64,000 bases of DNA from Myxococcota bacterium (GTDB lineage: Bacteria > Myxococcota_A > UBA796 > CAJQPC01). Below the pieces are notes generated by a model. The model saw only the letters and a list, made by a program, of their open reading frames with translations, was not told where the DNA came from and did no database searches. This document shows, piece after piece, positions 11,708 to 23,727 of the stretch (positions are counted from its first letter, which is position 1; every line of letters begins with the position of its first letter). The stretch covers positions 191,283 through 255,282 of the forward strand of contig JAZAMN010000011.1 of assembly GCA_036229005.1 (NCBI GenBank), read 5' to 3'. The position numbers and the translations under genes are program-made.

Positions 11708-12686
11708 AGCTTCCGGAAGGGAGCAGGCGTACCTGCTGGGTCAGCTCCCAGGCACTCAGCAGCGACAGCACCTGGCGGGGAGCCAGGCCCGTCCTCCGAC
11801 TGAGTTCGGGGAGGTTCCCAGGTAGGGCAGCACGAAGCCGGGCTTGCGGCGACGCCGCGACCTCAAAGGGCTTGAGCACCCGATCCAGGTTCGCCAGCAC
11901 TTGCGCCCCATCCACCAGGAGCTGGTTGGTCCCCGCCGCAGCGCTGACATCAATCCTTCCGGGGACCGCGAACACATCACGCCCCAGGAGACCGGCGGCC
12001 TCGGCCGTGTACAGGGCGCCGGAGCGCTTGCCCGCCTCCACAACGACCGTTGCCCGGCCGAGCGCTGCAATCAGCCGGTTCCTGCGTGGGAAGGCCCAGC
12101 GCGTCGCCGGCTCCAAGGGGAGCCGCTCGGAGACCAGCAGTCCCCCACCCTCCAGGATCCGCCTGTGCAGCCCGCCCGAGTCGCCGCCCGCTTCCACGTC
12201 CAGCCCTTGGGCCAACACAGCCAGCGTGGGGCCCTCCAACTCCAGCGCCCCAACGTGGGCCGCCGTGTCGATCCCAAAGGCCGCGCCCGAGATCAGAGTT
12301 GCGCCTCGCTCAGCGCAGCCGCGTCCGAGTGAGCGCGCCACCTGCCGACCATAGGGTGTGCAGCGCCTGGACCCGACCACCGCCAGCCCCTCTCGATCCA
12401 GGAGCTCTGCCCTCCCCCGAAGGAAGACCACGGGTGGAGGCTTCTCCAGCTCAAGGAGCTGTCGGGGGTAGTCGGGTGACTCCAGGGTTCGCCACTGGTG
12501 CCCGCAGGCGACGCTGTAGCCGTCCTGGAGCTGCCCAAGCAGCCTTGGAGGCAGGCCCGCCGCAGCGAGCTCCCCCGGGGTCGCACGCAAGAAGCCTCGG
12601 CCCTTGAGGGCCTTGAGAACACAACGCAGATCAAAGCTGCCGGACCACCGCGACGCAGCGGCCCACCGAGCGGGAATGACACTCAC
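11691..12686 (-). CDS. dprA: DNA-processing protein DprA
   Basis: YP..L....PP, AVVGSR, ISGAAFGIDTAAH, FPRRNRLIAAL and VEAGKRSGAL motifs. Confidence 0.92.
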   Translation of the reverse strand: MSVIPARWAAASRWSGSFDLRCVLKALKGRGFLRATPGELAAAGLPPRLLGQLQDGYSVACGHQWRTLESPDYPRQLLELEKPPPVVFLRGRAELLDREGLAVVGSRRCTPYGRQVARSLGRGCAERGATLISGAAFGIDTAAHVGALELEGPTLAVLAQGLDVEAGGDSGGLHRRILEGGGLLVSERLPLEPATRWAFPRRNRLIAALGRATVVVEAGKRSGALYTAEAAGLLGRDVFAVPGRIDVSAAAGTNQLLVDGAQVLANLDRVLKPFEVAASPQARLRAALPGNLPELSRRTGLAPRQVLSLLSAWELTQQVRLLPSGSYALVQ

Positions 12687-12752
12687 AACACTCTCCCGAG
12701 AACGCGGGAGGGCGACGACCTCGTGAATGCTAACGAAGCCGCCGTCTGTGAG

Positions 12753-13844
12753 CTACTTGACCTGGGTCGCGACCCGATCCCCCACGCGGATGGGCGCGCT
12801 GGCGTCCACGACCACGCCAGTGGAGGTGGCGTCTCCGACATAGGTCAGCACCACGCGGCCCACGACCTGCTCAGGGATCTGGTCCTGATCCTCGCGCGAG
12901 GAGACCATCAGGTCCCGCTGATGGACCACGTAGAAGCTGTTGCCCTCGCGGAGCCCATCATCCTGGCCCCGGTCGATGAACACCACCTCGCCGATGGACG
13001 CCAGGTGGTAGAGATCCTGACCACCACGAGCGACGATCGTGCCCTCCAGATCCCCCCGGGGCGGATCCACAGGCAGCTCGCTCACGACAGGGAATGCCGG
13101 CCCCACCAGGTCACCCCGGTGGACGGTGTCGTAGGCCTCGCGGATCACCGCAGTGACGCGCTCCTCCTCGTCGATGTGGACGATCCGAGCGGTCGCGGTG
13201 ACCTGCCAGAGGTTCCCGTAGCGGAGCTTCTCCTCCGGGTGCCGGACCTTGTCGCCCTTATGGAAGAGGTTGACCACATCACCGCAGGCGAGCGCACCCG
13301 GGTCATCGACGTCGAGGTAGATCAGGTCCCCTTCCCCAAGCAGGGCGGCACCGGTCTTGGCGTTGGCGACCTTGCCCCAGGTCTCCACGTCCTCCTCCAG
13401 CGCGAGGAAGCTGGGCGTGGCCAGACGCTGCTGCTGGTAGCTGGACTCGAAGTGGACATCCGGCCCGCAGGCCATCGCCTCGGGCTCGATCTCCGGCGTC
13501 GGTGCCGTGTAGCCCTCAGGATCGGGGCTGCCGAAGGACATGCTCGGCGGCTCCAGGTCGGAGCCCATCGAGAACACGATCTCGTTGCCCGGGTAGATCC
13601 AGTGCGGGTTGGTGATGTACTCGTTGAACGACCAAAGCTGCGGCCAGTAGTACGGGTCTCCCATGAAGGCTCGGGAGATGTCCCAGAGGGTGTCTCCCTC
13701 CTGGATGATGTAGCGATCAGGGTAGGCGGAAGCCTCACCTGCCTCGCTGCTGAGCATCACACCGCCCGACTGGGCGAAGAGGGGCCCGGAGAAGAGCGCC
13801 AGCATTCCCAACAACATCGCTCGACCTCGTAGCGTTGCGGCCAT
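12753..13844 (-). CDS. LysM peptidoglycan-binding protein (TsaP-like)
   Basis: Signal peptide; GDTLWDIS...WPQLW...ITNPHWIYPG; upstream of dprA. Start uncertain. Confidence 0.8.
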   Translation of the reverse strand: MAATLRGRAMLLGMLALFSGPLFAQSGGVMLSSEAGEASAYPDRYIIQEGDTLWDISRAFMGDPYYWPQLWSFNEYITNPHWIYPGNEIVFSMGSDLEPPSMSFGSPDPEGYTAPTPEIEPEAMACGPDVHFESSYQQQRLATPSFLALEEDVETWGKVANAKTGAALLGEGDLIYLDVDDPGALACGDVVNLFHKGDKVRHPEEKLRYGNLWQVTATARIVHIDEEERVTAVIREAYDTVHRGDLVGPAFPVVSELPVDPPRGDLEGTIVARGGQDLYHLASIGEVVFIDRGQDDGLREGNSFYVVHQRDLMVSSREDQDQIPEQVVGRVVLTYVGDATSTGVVVDASAPIRVGDRVATQVK

Positions 13845-13867
13845 TGTCGCGGATCGGGAGGCCGAGG

Positions 13868-14215
13868 TCAATCGGCCTGCCGACCATAGTCATCCTCGTG
13901 ACGGACGACATCATCAGGGTGAGCCGTGGAGACCTCGTAGACGCAAGCGTCCTCCACAGCGATGAAGCGGTGGATCCGGCCCGGGAGGATGCGCAGCGAT
14001 TGGCCGACGCCGAGCTCATGCTCCTCCAGCTCACCCTCTTCATCCGCGAGCACCACCCGGATGCGTCCCTGCTGGACGTAGATGGTCTCGTCCTTGACCA
14101 CGTGGTGCTGCAGGCTCAGGCGATGACCTGAGCGGATGAACAGCAGCTTTCCCAGGTAGTGCGGGGTCTCGGCCCAGATCAGCTCGTAGCCCCAAGGCTT
14201 CTCAACGCGGCGCAT
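13868..14215 (-). CDS. Cupin-domain protein
   Basis: KPWGYE, LSLQHH..KDET and IHRF cupin motifs. Confidence 0.8.
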   Translation of the reverse strand: MRRVEKPWGYELIWAETPHYLGKLLFIRSGHRLSLQHHVVKDETIYVQQGRIRVVLADEEGELEEHELGVGQSLRILPGRIHRFIAVEDACVYEVSTAHPDDVVRHEDDYGRQAD

Positions 14216-14871
14216 CAGCGCACCTCTACAAGATCCACCCCGTGTCCTACCACTGCGCCGACCTCCCCCGCCAGCGCCTGTGCGGTCTCGGCATCCTTGA
14301 AGGGCCCGACCCGGACGCGGAAATGGGTCTCTCCACCGTAGAGCACAGACGCCAGACTCGCGGCCAGGCCCTCATCTTCCAGGAGCTGGATGCTTGCCTC
14401 AGCTTCCTCCCGGCTCTTGTAGGACGCGACCTCCAGCGACCAACCACCCTTCACCGCGTCAGTGGGTTCGCTCGGCGGAGCCGGCTCTGCCTGCGGGGCG
14501 GGGAGCACCTGAGCCGGGGGAGCCTCGATCTCCTCCGGGGCGACCGGGGCCTCCACCACAAGCTCAGGCGCGCTGAGCTCAGACGGGAACTCCAAGGTGG
14601 CGGCCTCTGCGTTGGGCACCAGGTCCACTCGGGCGAGGAGCTCGGTGAGGGTGTCCTGCTCAAGCTCCGGGCCAATCAACGCGCTCGCCTGGCTCTCGTC
14701 AACCTCGGAACGCGCTGGCATCGGCGAGGAACTGCTTCCCCCCTCCCCCAGGAGGTACCCCAGGAAGAAGGTGGCGGTGCAGACAGCAGAGACGAGCACC
14801 AGGGCAGCTCCAAGCTGTCCTCGGCTCATCCAGATCGCACCTTCGCGGCGCATGGCGGGCATCTCACGCAT
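14215..14871 (-). CDS. Membrane-anchored SPOR-domain protein
   Basis: N-terminal TM segment, Pro-rich linker, WSLEVASY...FRVRVGPF. Confidence 0.8.
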   Translation of the reverse strand: MREMPAMRREGAIWMSRGQLGAALVLVSAVCTATFFLGYLLGEGGSSSSPMPARSEVDESQASALIGPELEQDTLTELLARVDLVPNAEAATLEFPSELSAPELVVEAPVAPEEIEAPPAQVLPAPQAEPAPPSEPTDAVKGGWSLEVASYKSREEAEASIQLLEDEGLAASLASVLYGGETHFRVRVGPFKDAETAQALAGEVGAVVGHGVDLVEVR

Positions 14872-14923
14872 GCCGCAACCCTAACACCCTGGACCAGCCA
14901 TTGTCTTGCCGCGTCAAGACTTT

Positions 14924-15214
14924 TTAGGACCAGGCCTCGATCTCCTTCCAGTCGTCGAGGACCTCGGCCACGTGCAGCTCCTCGACAAAGTCAACGACCT
15001 TGTCCAGGGTGGACTCGATGTGGCGCGCGTCGTTGCTGACCATCGAGATTCCAAACACGGCCCGGTCCCACTCGTCCAGCGCGTCCACCTCGGCGATGGA
15101 CACGGGGAAGCGATTGCGCACGCGGTCCCTCACACGAGAGACCACGCTGCGCTTGTCCTTCAGCGAGAAGGTCCCGGGGATTCCCAGGACCAACCGCATC
15201 ACACCGACTCTCAT
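14924..15214 (-). CDS. DUF503 (YlxP-like) protein
   Basis: SLKDKRSVV...FPVSIAEV...D.W; directly after infB. Confidence 0.85.
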   Translation of the reverse strand: MRVGVMRLVLGIPGTFSLKDKRSVVSRVRDRVRNRFPVSIAEVDALDEWDRAVFGISMVSNDARHIESTLDKVVDFVEELHVAEVLDDWKEIEAWS

Positions 15215-15225
15215 TGAGGGGACGC

Positions 15226-18120
15226 TCACAGCTGGTGAGCGACCTCCTCCATGATGTAGGTCTCAAGCTCGTCGCCGACCTTGATGTCGTTGAAGTTCTC
15301 AAGGCCCAGACCACACTCGTAGCCGGTGCCGACTTCCTTGGCGTCGTCCTTGAAGCGCTTGAGGCTGGAGAGCTTGCCTTCCCAGACGACCACACCCTGG
15401 CGGGTGAGACGGCCCTTGTGGTTTCGACCGATGGTTCCGTCGACGACGTAGCAACCAGCGACCGTACCGACCTTGGGAATGCTGAAGGTCTCGCGGACCT
15501 CTGCGTGGCCCGTGACCTTCTCCTCGAAGACCGGGTCCAGCATGCCGACCAGAGCCGCCTTGAGATCGTCCAGCAGCTCGTAGATCACGCGGTAGTGACG
15601 GACCTCGACCTGCTTCTCCTCCGCTGCGCGGCGGGCCTTGGGGTCCGGTCGCACGTTGAAGCCGACGACGATGGCGTCGTAGGTGGAGGCCAGCGTGATG
15701 TCCGACTCGGAGATTGCGCCGACCGCTGCCTGCAGGATGTTGATGTCGGTCCCGTCGACCTCGACGTCCTTGATGGAGGACTTGAGCGCCTCCAGGGAGC
15801 CCTGGACGTCGCCACGAACGATCAGGTTGAGCTTCTTGAGCTCGCCCTCTTCCTTGCGCTTGAACAGGTCCTGGAGGGTCATGCGCTTGTTGGCGCTGAG
15901 CGCGGCGGCGCGCTCAGCCTCAGCGCGGTGCTCCGCGAGAGATTTGGCGGCCTTGTCGCTCTTGACGACCGTGAACAGGTCGCCCGCTGCGGGCACGTCC
16001 TTGAGGCCGATGATCTCGACCGGGGTGGACGGACCAGCCAGCTTGAGCTTCTTGCCGTTGTGGTCGGTCAGCGCGCGGACGCGACCGGCGACGGTGCCGA
16101 GGACCAGGGGCTCCTTGGGGTGCAGAGTGCCCTGCTGGACCAGGATGGTCGCGACAGCACCACGGCCCTTCTCGAGCCGGGCCTCAAGGACCACACCCTC
16201 TGCGTGGCGCTCCGGGTTGGCCTTGAGCTCCATGACCTCGGCCTGCAGCAGCACAGCCTCGAGGAGCTCGGGCACGCCCTCACCGGTGAGACCGGAGACG
16301 GGGAGCATCTGCACCTCGCCACCGTACTCCTCGGGGACCAGCCCATGCTCCATCAAGCGCTGCTTGACGGCATCCGGGTTGGCGCCTTCCTTGTCACACT
16401 TGTTGATGGCGACGACGATGGGGACATCGGCGGCCTTGGTGTGGTTGATGGACTCGACGGTCTGCGGCATGATGCCGTCGTCCGCCGCCACCACCAGGAT
16501 GACGATGTCCGTGGCCTGCGCACCGCGAGCGCGCATCTCCGTGAATGCGGAGTGGCCCGGGGTGTCGATGAAGGTGATCTTCTGGCCGTTCTTGGTGACC
16601 TGGTATGCACCGATGTGCTGGGTGATGCCACCAGCCTCGCCGCCAGCCACGTCCGCCTTGCGGATGGTGTCGAGCAGCGTGGTCTTGCCGTGGTCGACGT
16701 GGCCCATGACGGTGATGACGGGAGGGCGGAGGACCGCGTTCTCCTCGTCCACGTCGCTGGACACCTCGATCATGTGGGACTCCTCCTGGAAGCCCACGTT
16801 GACGCACTCGTAGTCGAACTCCTCGGCCACCATCGAGGCGGTCTCGAAGTCCAACTGGTCGTTGATCGTCGCCATCAGATCCAGACCCATCAGGGTCTTG
16901 ATGATCGAGCCAGCCTTCTCACCCATCTCGTGGGCGAGCTGCTTGACGGAGATGGTGTTGTCGACCTGGACCTTGCGCTTCTGTGCCTTGGGCTGCGGGG
17001 AAGCCATCTTGGGAGCGCTGGAGTTCTTGCGCTTCCGGTTCCGCCGGCTGTTGCGCACGCGCTCCATGTTGATCTCGGTGCGGCCCTTGCGACCACGACC
17101 ACGACCACGACCACGCCCGCGATCATCACCCGCTCCACCCGGAGCGTCCGGACGCCCCCGGTCGGGACGGCGACCGGCATCGGCAGCATCTCCGGGACCG
17201 CCCGCGGGGCGACCGTCGGCCCAGCGCTCGGGGGGACCGCCTGCGCGACCACCAGCGCCACCACCGACCTGACCACGGGTGGTCACACCGTGGGCGCGAT
17301 CACGCTCCACACGCTGCCGGTGGTTCTGGGCATCGAATCCGGAAGGAGGCCGCACGACAGCGGACCCCAGACCGGGCAGCTTGGGCCGGGCAGGGCGAGC
17401 CTCCGCACCGGAGCGACGATCGCTGCGGCGGGAGGTCTCGGGAGCTGCAGCCTTCGGCGCCGGCTCGGGCTCCGCGGCGGGCTTGGCGGCCTCGACCTTG
17501 GGCTCAGGAGCGGGCTCCGCCTTGGGCGCGGCGGCCTCAGGTGCGGAGGTCTTGGGCTCAGCCGCCTTGGGCTCGGCCTTGACCGCGGTGGGCTCAGGCT
17601 TGGCTGCTGCCTCCGGAGCCTTGGCCTCGGGAGCCGCCACCTGGGCGGGCTTGGACTCCACGGGAGGTGCGCTCTCAACCACGGGGGCGGGCTCGGGCTT
17701 TGCAGCCTCGACCGGCTGAGCGGGCGCCTGGGGAGCGGGCTCAGCGGCGGCCTGGACCGGAGCGGCCTCGGGAGCAGGGGCTTCTAGCGCCTGCTCGACC
17801 TTCGGGGCCTTGGCCTCGGCGGGCTCGGACGCCGGCGACTCCGCGGGCTTGGTGCGGCGCAGGGTCCGGCTCGGACGCTTGACCTCGCCTCCCTTGGGGA
17901 GGGACTGCGCGGGCGAGGAGGCCGCCTGGGGCGAATCCTTGCGCCGGCGACGGATCACAGTCTTGCGTCCGGTGCGGACACGAGTCTCCGTCTCGCGAGT
18001 CGTGGTTTCGGTACCCGTCTTGTCTTCAGTCGGCCGACGACGCGAGACAGTGCGCCGCGGAGACTTGGAGATTCGATCGAGGAGATCCTTGTTCGAGGCC
18101 ATGCTTTCCTTTTTGCTCAC
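15226..18120 (-). CDS. infB: Translation initiation factor IF-2
   Basis: [29 protein letters not shown] and SLKRFKDD motifs. Confidence 0.98.
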   Translation of the reverse strand: MSKKESMASNKDLLDRISKSPRRTVSRRRPTEDKTGTETTTRETETRVRTGRKTVIRRRRKDSPQAASSPAQSLPKGGEVKRPSRTLRRTKPAESPASEPAEAKAPKVEQALEAPAPEAAPVQAAAEPAPQAPAQPVEAAKPEPAPVVESAPPVESKPAQVAAPEAKAPEAAAKPEPTAVKAEPKAAEPKTSAPEAAAPKAEPAPEPKVEAAKPAAEPEPAPKAAAPETSRRSDRRSGAEARPARPKLPGLGSAVVRPPSGFDAQNHRQRVERDRAHGVTTRGQVGGGAGGRAGGPPERWADGRPAGGPGDAADAGRRPDRGRPDAPGGAGDDRGRGRGRGRGRKGRTEINMERVRNSRRNRKRKNSSAPKMASPQPKAQKRKVQVDNTISVKQLAHEMGEKAGSIIKTLMGLDLMATINDQLDFETASMVAEEFDYECVNVGFQEESHMIEVSSDVDEENAVLRPPVITVMGHVDHGKTTLLDTIRKADVAGGEAGGITQHIGAYQVTKNGQKITFIDTPGHSAFTEMRARGAQATDIVILVVAADDGIMPQTVESINHTKAADVPIVVAINKCDKEGANPDAVKQRLMEHGLVPEEYGGEVQMLPVSGLTGEGVPELLEAVLLQAEVMELKANPERHAEGVVLEARLEKGRGAVATILVQQGTLHPKEPLVLGTVAGRVRALTDHNGKKLKLAGPSTPVEIIGLKDVPAAGDLFTVVKSDKAAKSLAEHRAEAERAAALSANKRMTLQDLFKRKEEGELKKLNLIVRGDVQGSLEALKSSIKDVEVDGTDINILQAAVGAISESDITLASTYDAIVVGFNVRPDPKARRAAEEKQVEVRHYRVIYELLDDLKAALVGMLDPVFEEKVTGHAEVRETFSIPKVGTVAGCYVVDGTIGRNHKGRLTRQGVVVWEGKLSSLKRFKDDAKEVGTGYECGLGLENFNDIKVGDELETYIMEEVAHQL

Positions 18121-18231
18121 CCTTACAGGGCGAGCCCTTCAATCCTGCTGCCAACGGAGGCAGCACAAGACCGGAGGGGCCACGGTGAGCGAGGACCGCT
18201 CGCCAGGACCACTCCCAGTCGGCTGGGGGCT

Positions 18232-18798
18232 TTAACGCAGCCCCTCGTAGCGGCGCAACTCAAGCAGCAGCGCGCTCGCGGGCTTTCCGGCCAGCACAGC
18301 CAGTGCTGCTCTCGGTCCCTTGCCGATCCTCTGCCCCAAGGCCTCCCGGTCCATCGGAAGCTGGGCTACCGGAAGTTCACCTGCTCGTCGCCTGAGATCC
18401 TCCACCAGGCGGGGAGATGCATCGCTCGCCAGGAGCACACCCCGGGCCTTCCCAGACGAGATCGCTCCGCGCACGCCGTCCTTCCCCCCCTGCAGCAGCC
18501 CAGCGCGCGCCGCGATGCTGAGGAGATCCTCCACCGCCTTGGCGTTGGCCAGGCGGACCTGCTCCAGCAGGCCCGTCGTGTCGCAGCGACCATTCAGCGG
18601 CCGAAAGAGGATGCCCGGGGACTTCTGCAGGCGCTCCAGAGCATCCGTGGTGGGCGTCACCCAGGCCCCGCGGCCCTTGAGACGCCCGCGGTAGTCGCAG
18701 AAGACGCGCCCGTCCGGAGCCCGGACCAGCCGGACAAGACCTCGTCGGTCTTCAACGCTGCGCGTCACCACGCAGCGCCTTTGGACGGGCGCACTCAC
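18232..18798 (-). CDS. YlxR (DUF448)-L7Ae fusion RNA-binding protein
   Basis: PVQRRCVVTR...GRGAWV YlxR domain followed by an L7Ae-like domain (LLASDAS, LGQRIGK); between nusA and infB. Confidence 0.8.
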   Translation of the reverse strand: MSAPVQRRCVVTRSVEDRRGLVRLVRAPDGRVFCDYRGRLKGRGAWVTPTTDALERLQKSPGILFRPLNGRCDTTGLLEQVRLANAKAVEDLLSIAARAGLLQGGKDGVRGAISSGKARGVLLASDASPRLVEDLRRRAGELPVAQLPMDREALGQRIGKGPRAALAVLAGKPASALLLELRRYEGLR

Positions 18799-18804
18799 TG
18801 GGAC

Positions 18805-20125
<1,321 letters not shown>

Positions 20126-20136
<11 letters not shown>

Positions 20137-20659
20137 CGTTCAACTCCGTATCCAGGCGGACCCGCGGGGGCGGATCGGTGCCCAGGGCTTGGTACTCGTC
20201 AAGATCCAACACGAGGTTGGCCTTCTCGATGAGGTCGAACTCCAGGTCATGGACCTGTCCGTCCACCTCGATGCGAACCGTCTTTGCTTCCAGCCCGCGC
20301 AGCACGCCGGAGTAGCGGCGCCGCTCGGGGCCCTCCTCCAGGCGGATGCGCGCCCGGTAGCCCTCAAAGCGCGCGAAGTCCTCGATGCGCTGCAGGGGCC
20401 GCTCGATCCCAGGCGAGGACACCTCGAGCTGGTAGGCGCCGGAGATGGGGTCCTCGACGTCCAGGACCGGCCCCAGGGTGCGCGTGAGCTGCGAGAGGTG
20501 GTCCATGTTGATGCCGCCGACCCGGTCTGCGTAGATGCGCAGGGTCAAGCGACCGCTCACCTGGGTGAGCTCAACGGCCACCAGCTCATAGCCGTCGGCC
20601 TCGACCACCGGCTCCAGCACGTCGAAGAGCTCGCGCTGACGGAGGACCTGGCTGTTCAT
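20126..20659 (-). CDS. rimP: Ribosome maturation factor RimP
   Basis: [24 protein letters not shown]. Confidence 0.93.
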
Positions 20660-20679
20660 GGGCACCGACCTTTTGGCCA

Positions 20680-20763
20680 AAGAAAAAGGGCCGCCCCGAA
20701 GGGCCGCCCCGATTGGAAGCGGAAGTGTGGCGGAGCCTATAGCTCGGCCAGCGCTGCTGTCAA
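20680..20763 (-). promoter_or_regulatory. rimP operon sigma70 promoter and leader hairpin
   Basis: TTGACA at 20763-20758 with TATAGG/TAGGCT 16-18 nt downstream; GGGCGGCCC-TTCG-GGGCGGCCC followed by a U-tract in the leader. Confidence 0.6.
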
Positions 20764-20791
20764 TGGACAGGGGCCCAGATCCCCCATGGGA

Positions 20792-21625
20792 TCAGCCCTT
20801 GAGAAGCGCCTTGGCGTCCTTGGCCGCCTGGGTTCCGGGGTAGCGATCGACCACGTCCTGCCAGAACAGCTCCGCCTCGGCCCGCTGCCCCAGCTCCTGG
20901 AAGCACTCCCCTTGCCGGACCATCGCCCAGGGCGCCCAGTCGCTGTCCGGGTGCTTGGAGACCACGTCCTCGAAGGCCAGGATCGCCCGCTGGTACTGCT
21001 TCTCGTTGTACCAGCTCTCGGCCAGGCGGTAGCGCGCCTTGGCGGCCAGCGGGTCCTTGGGGGCCTCCCGCAGCAGGCGTTCCAGCAAGGCCCGGGCGAC
21101 CGCCGGCTTGTTCGCGGCCAGCGCGTCCTCGGCTTTGGCCAGGAGCTCCGCGGGCTCCGTGGGGAGCTCGACCTCAGACGGTGTGCCATCGCTGTTGAGC
21201 ACCTCCCCGTCCTCTCCGACCTCCAGACCTGTCTCTCCCGGGGGCTGCGGCGGCTCCAGGCCAAGCTGGCGCTCCAGCTCGGCGACGCGGAGCTCCAGGT
21301 ACTCCAGGCGGAAGGCCACGTCCTCGTCCAGGGCGCTGCGCTGCTCCGCGGCCTGCTCGGCGGCGAACTCGGCCTCCTCGATGGCGCCACGCAGCTTCTG
21401 GAGCTCCGTCTGGACCTGATCCAGGTTCTCCAGCTTCTCGGCCTCCTGCTGGCCCCGGTAGCGGTTGATCTCCTCGAGCTGATCCACCCGCCGCTGCAGG
21501 GTCTGGGCCTCGCTCTCCAGGGCCTCGGTGTGCGTGGCCTGCAAGGCCAGCTCCCGCTCATAGGCCGCCGTCGCGCTCTGCCCGGTCCGATCGAGCACAC
21601 ATGCCAATGCAAGCAGGATCATCAT
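20792..21625 (-). CDS. CpoB/YbgF-like coiled-coil TPR lipoprotein
   Basis: LALAC lipobox, coiled coil, YbgF-like TPRs (ARYRLAESWY, VVDRYPGT); directly after pal. Confidence 0.8.
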   Translation of the reverse strand: MMILLALACVLDRTGQSATAAYERELALQATHTEALESEAQTLQRRVDQLEEINRYRGQQEAEKLENLDQVQTELQKLRGAIEEAEFAAEQAAEQRSALDEDVAFRLEYLELRVAELERQLGLEPPQPPGETGLEVGEDGEVLNSDGTPSEVELPTEPAELLAKAEDALAANKPAVARALLERLLREAPKDPLAAKARYRLAESWYNEKQYQRAILAFEDVVSKHPDSDWAPWAMVRQGECFQELGQRAEAELFWQDVVDRYPGTQAAKDAKALLKG

Positions 21626-22374
21626 CGCTCCACCACCAGCTCGACGCGTCGGTTCCGAGCCCAGGCGGCCTCGCTGTGGCCACTCTCCAGGGGGCGCTCT
21701 TCGCCGTAGCTGCGCGATTGGAGGCGGCTGGGCGAGAGGCCCTGGGAGATCAGGTAGCCCCGGACCTGCTCGGCCCGTCGCTGCCCCAGCGCGAGGTTGT
21801 ATTCGGTGGTGCCCCGCTCATCGCAGTGCCCGTCCAGCCAGACCGTCCCGGGGGCCTGCTGGAGACAGGGGATCAAGGCGTCCAGCTCGGACTTGGAGCC
21901 GCTGCTCAGCCGCGAGCTGTCGAACTCGAACCAGACCATCGCGCCGTCGCACTGGGCCAGCAGATCGGCCTGTCCCTGGCTGTCGTCCTGGATGCTCAGA
22001 CCGGAGCGCAAGACGCTGCGGTCGCCGTCGGGGTTGATCACCCACACATCCCAGCCCCCCGCCGTCATGGGCGGCACCGTGACCTGAAGGCGGTTGCTGT
22101 CCGTGACGCTCACGCGCGCGGCCTCGATGTCCTCGCCGAAGCGAACCCGCGCCCCCTGCATGAACTCGGACCCATAGACCGTGGCGGTGAAGGACTCCCC
22201 CGCCGCGTGCCAGGCTGGGTCGATGCTCACGACCTGAAGCTGCTCGCGGGCGGGCTTCTCGATGGGGTCCTCGATCGGCTCGATCTCCGTCTCCCCTGTG
22301 CGGCAGCGGGCCGCCATGCTCAGGGGGAGGAGCAGGCCCACCAACAGGAGGCGACCAGCGCGGCTTGACATCAT
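21622..22374 (-). CDS. Pal/OmpA-family lipoprotein with extra IPT/TIG domain
   Basis: WFEFDS, GHCDERGTTEYNLALGQRRA, SYGEERP and NRRVE motifs; N-terminal Ig-like TIG segment. Confidence 0.85.
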   Translation of the reverse strand: MMSSRAGRLLLVGLLLPLSMAARCRTGETEIEPIEDPIEKPAREQLQVVSIDPAWHAAGESFTATVYGSEFMQGARVRFGEDIEAARVSVTDSNRLQVTVPPMTAGGWDVWVINPDGDRSVLRSGLSIQDDSQGQADLLAQCDGAMVWFEFDSSRLSSGSKSELDALIPCLQQAPGTVWLDGHCDERGTTEYNLALGQRRAEQVRGYLISQGLSPSRLQSRSYGEERPLESGHSEAAWARNRRVELVVER

Positions 22375-22431
22375 CACTCCCGGGAGGCGGCGTCGCGCTA
22401 TGCAGGCGCACGGACCCTCCTTGGGAGGCTA

Positions 22432-23727
22432 TTGGTGCGCTCTTGGCATGTCAAGGCTCCGTTGAGGGGCCCCCTGCCCCTGGTGACAGGCGTCGCTCTC
22501 TGCGTTGGCATCGCGATCCTGACGGCGGGGAGCGGAGATCTCTCCGCCTCGGTCGGCCGACTCCTACCGCTCTGGCTCCTGTGGTCCGCGGGCGCCGCGC
22601 TGGCTGCATTCCACCAGCGAGGACAGGCTGTCCTCTCCCCTGCCCTCCTGGCGGTCGGCATTGCGCTCCGGGGACTGATGCTGGGGTCCCCCGCGAGCCT
22701 GTCCGACGACCTGTGGCGATACCTGTGGGAGGGTCGGGTGCTGCTCTCCGGCGAGAACCCCTTCTCGCTGGCGCCCAACGCCCCCGAGCTGCTCGCCCTC
22801 CGCAACGACACCTGGGCCCAGGTCGCCCACCGCGACATCCCCAGCATCTATCCCCCCCTGGCCCAGAGCCTCTTCGCGGCCCTCTCCGCGCTCTACGAGG
22901 CCCCGATCTCGTGGAAGCTGCTGTCCGGCGCCGCCGACGTCGGGACCCTCTGGATGCTCGCCAAGGGCGCCCGACAGCGCGGCATCCCGGCCTGGGCGCC
23001 CACCCTCTACGCCCTGCACCCCCTCCCCATCCTGGAGACCGCGGGCTCCGGCCACCTGGAGGGCGTCGCGCTCTTCTTCGCCGCGTGGGCCCTCACCCAG
23101 GAGCCCGGCCGCGCCAGCTTCCTCTCGGGGCTGGGCGCTGGGGTCAAGGTGCTCCCGGGTGCCCTCTGGATCCCCCTGCTCCGCTCCGCCCCAAAGCGCG
23201 CCGCGTTGGGCGCTGGGCTCGCGCTCCTCGTGCTCACCGCCGCGTCCCTCCCCCTGCTCGATGCCGGCCCCGCGCTGCTCGGTGGGTTCGGCAGCTACTA
23301 CACGCACTGGGGCTTCAACGCCTCCCTCTTCAACCTGCTCCGTCCCCTGGGAGCGGCTGCGCGCCCCGTCGGTACGCTGCTCGGCGCGGGCTTCGTCGGG
23401 TGGGCCGCCTGGCGCCTGAGGGACCCGGCCGCGTTCTTCCTGGCGGTGACCGGCGCCTTGGTGCTGCTCTCTCCGGTGGTCCACCCCTGGTACCTGCTGT
23501 GGCCTCTGCTCCCCGCGCTGCTCCGGGGCCGCTGGGAGTGGGCGGTGCTCGCGTCGACGGGGCTGCTCTCCTACGCGGTGCTCGCCGGCTACGATGGCCA
23601 CCCGGAGACCTGGAAGGAGCCAGCATGGGTGGTGTGGGCCGAGTACCTGCCAGCAGCGGCGGCTGCGCTGTGGGCCTCTCGCCAGAGGCGCTCTTTGGGG
23701 GCTGGAGAGGATCCGGGCGCACCCTGA
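22432..23727 (+). CDS. Polytopic GT-C fold glycosyltransferase (GT87/DUF2029-like)
   Basis: LSDDLWRYLWEGRV, IYPPLAQ, GHLE and SPVVHPWY motifs; many TM segments. Start uncertain. Confidence 0.75.
   Translation: MVRSWHVKAPLRGPLPLVTGVALCVGIAILTAGSGDLSASVGRLLPLWLLWSAGAALAAFHQRGQAVLSPALLAVGIALRGLMLGSPASLSDDLWRYLWEGRVLLSGENPFSLAPNAPELLALRNDTWAQVAHRDIPSIYPPLAQSLFAALSALYEAPISWKLLSGAADVGTLWMLAKGARQRGIPAWAPTLYALHPLPILETAGSGHLEGVALFFAAWALTQEPGRASFLSGLGAGVKVLPGALWIPLLRSAPKRAALGAGLALLVLTAASLPLLDAGPALLGGFGSYYTHWGFNASLFNLLRPLGAAARPVGTLLGAGFVGWAAWRLRDPAAFFLAVTGALVLLSPVVHPWYLLWPLLPALLRGRWEWAVLASTGLLSYAVLAGYDGHPETWKEPAWVVWAEYLPAAAAALWASRQRRSLGAGEDPGAP

Noticed and set aside
17440..17860. Repetitive low-complexity DNA in infB
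   Set aside because: Encodes the ordinary Ala/Pro/Glu-rich IF-2 N-terminal linker.
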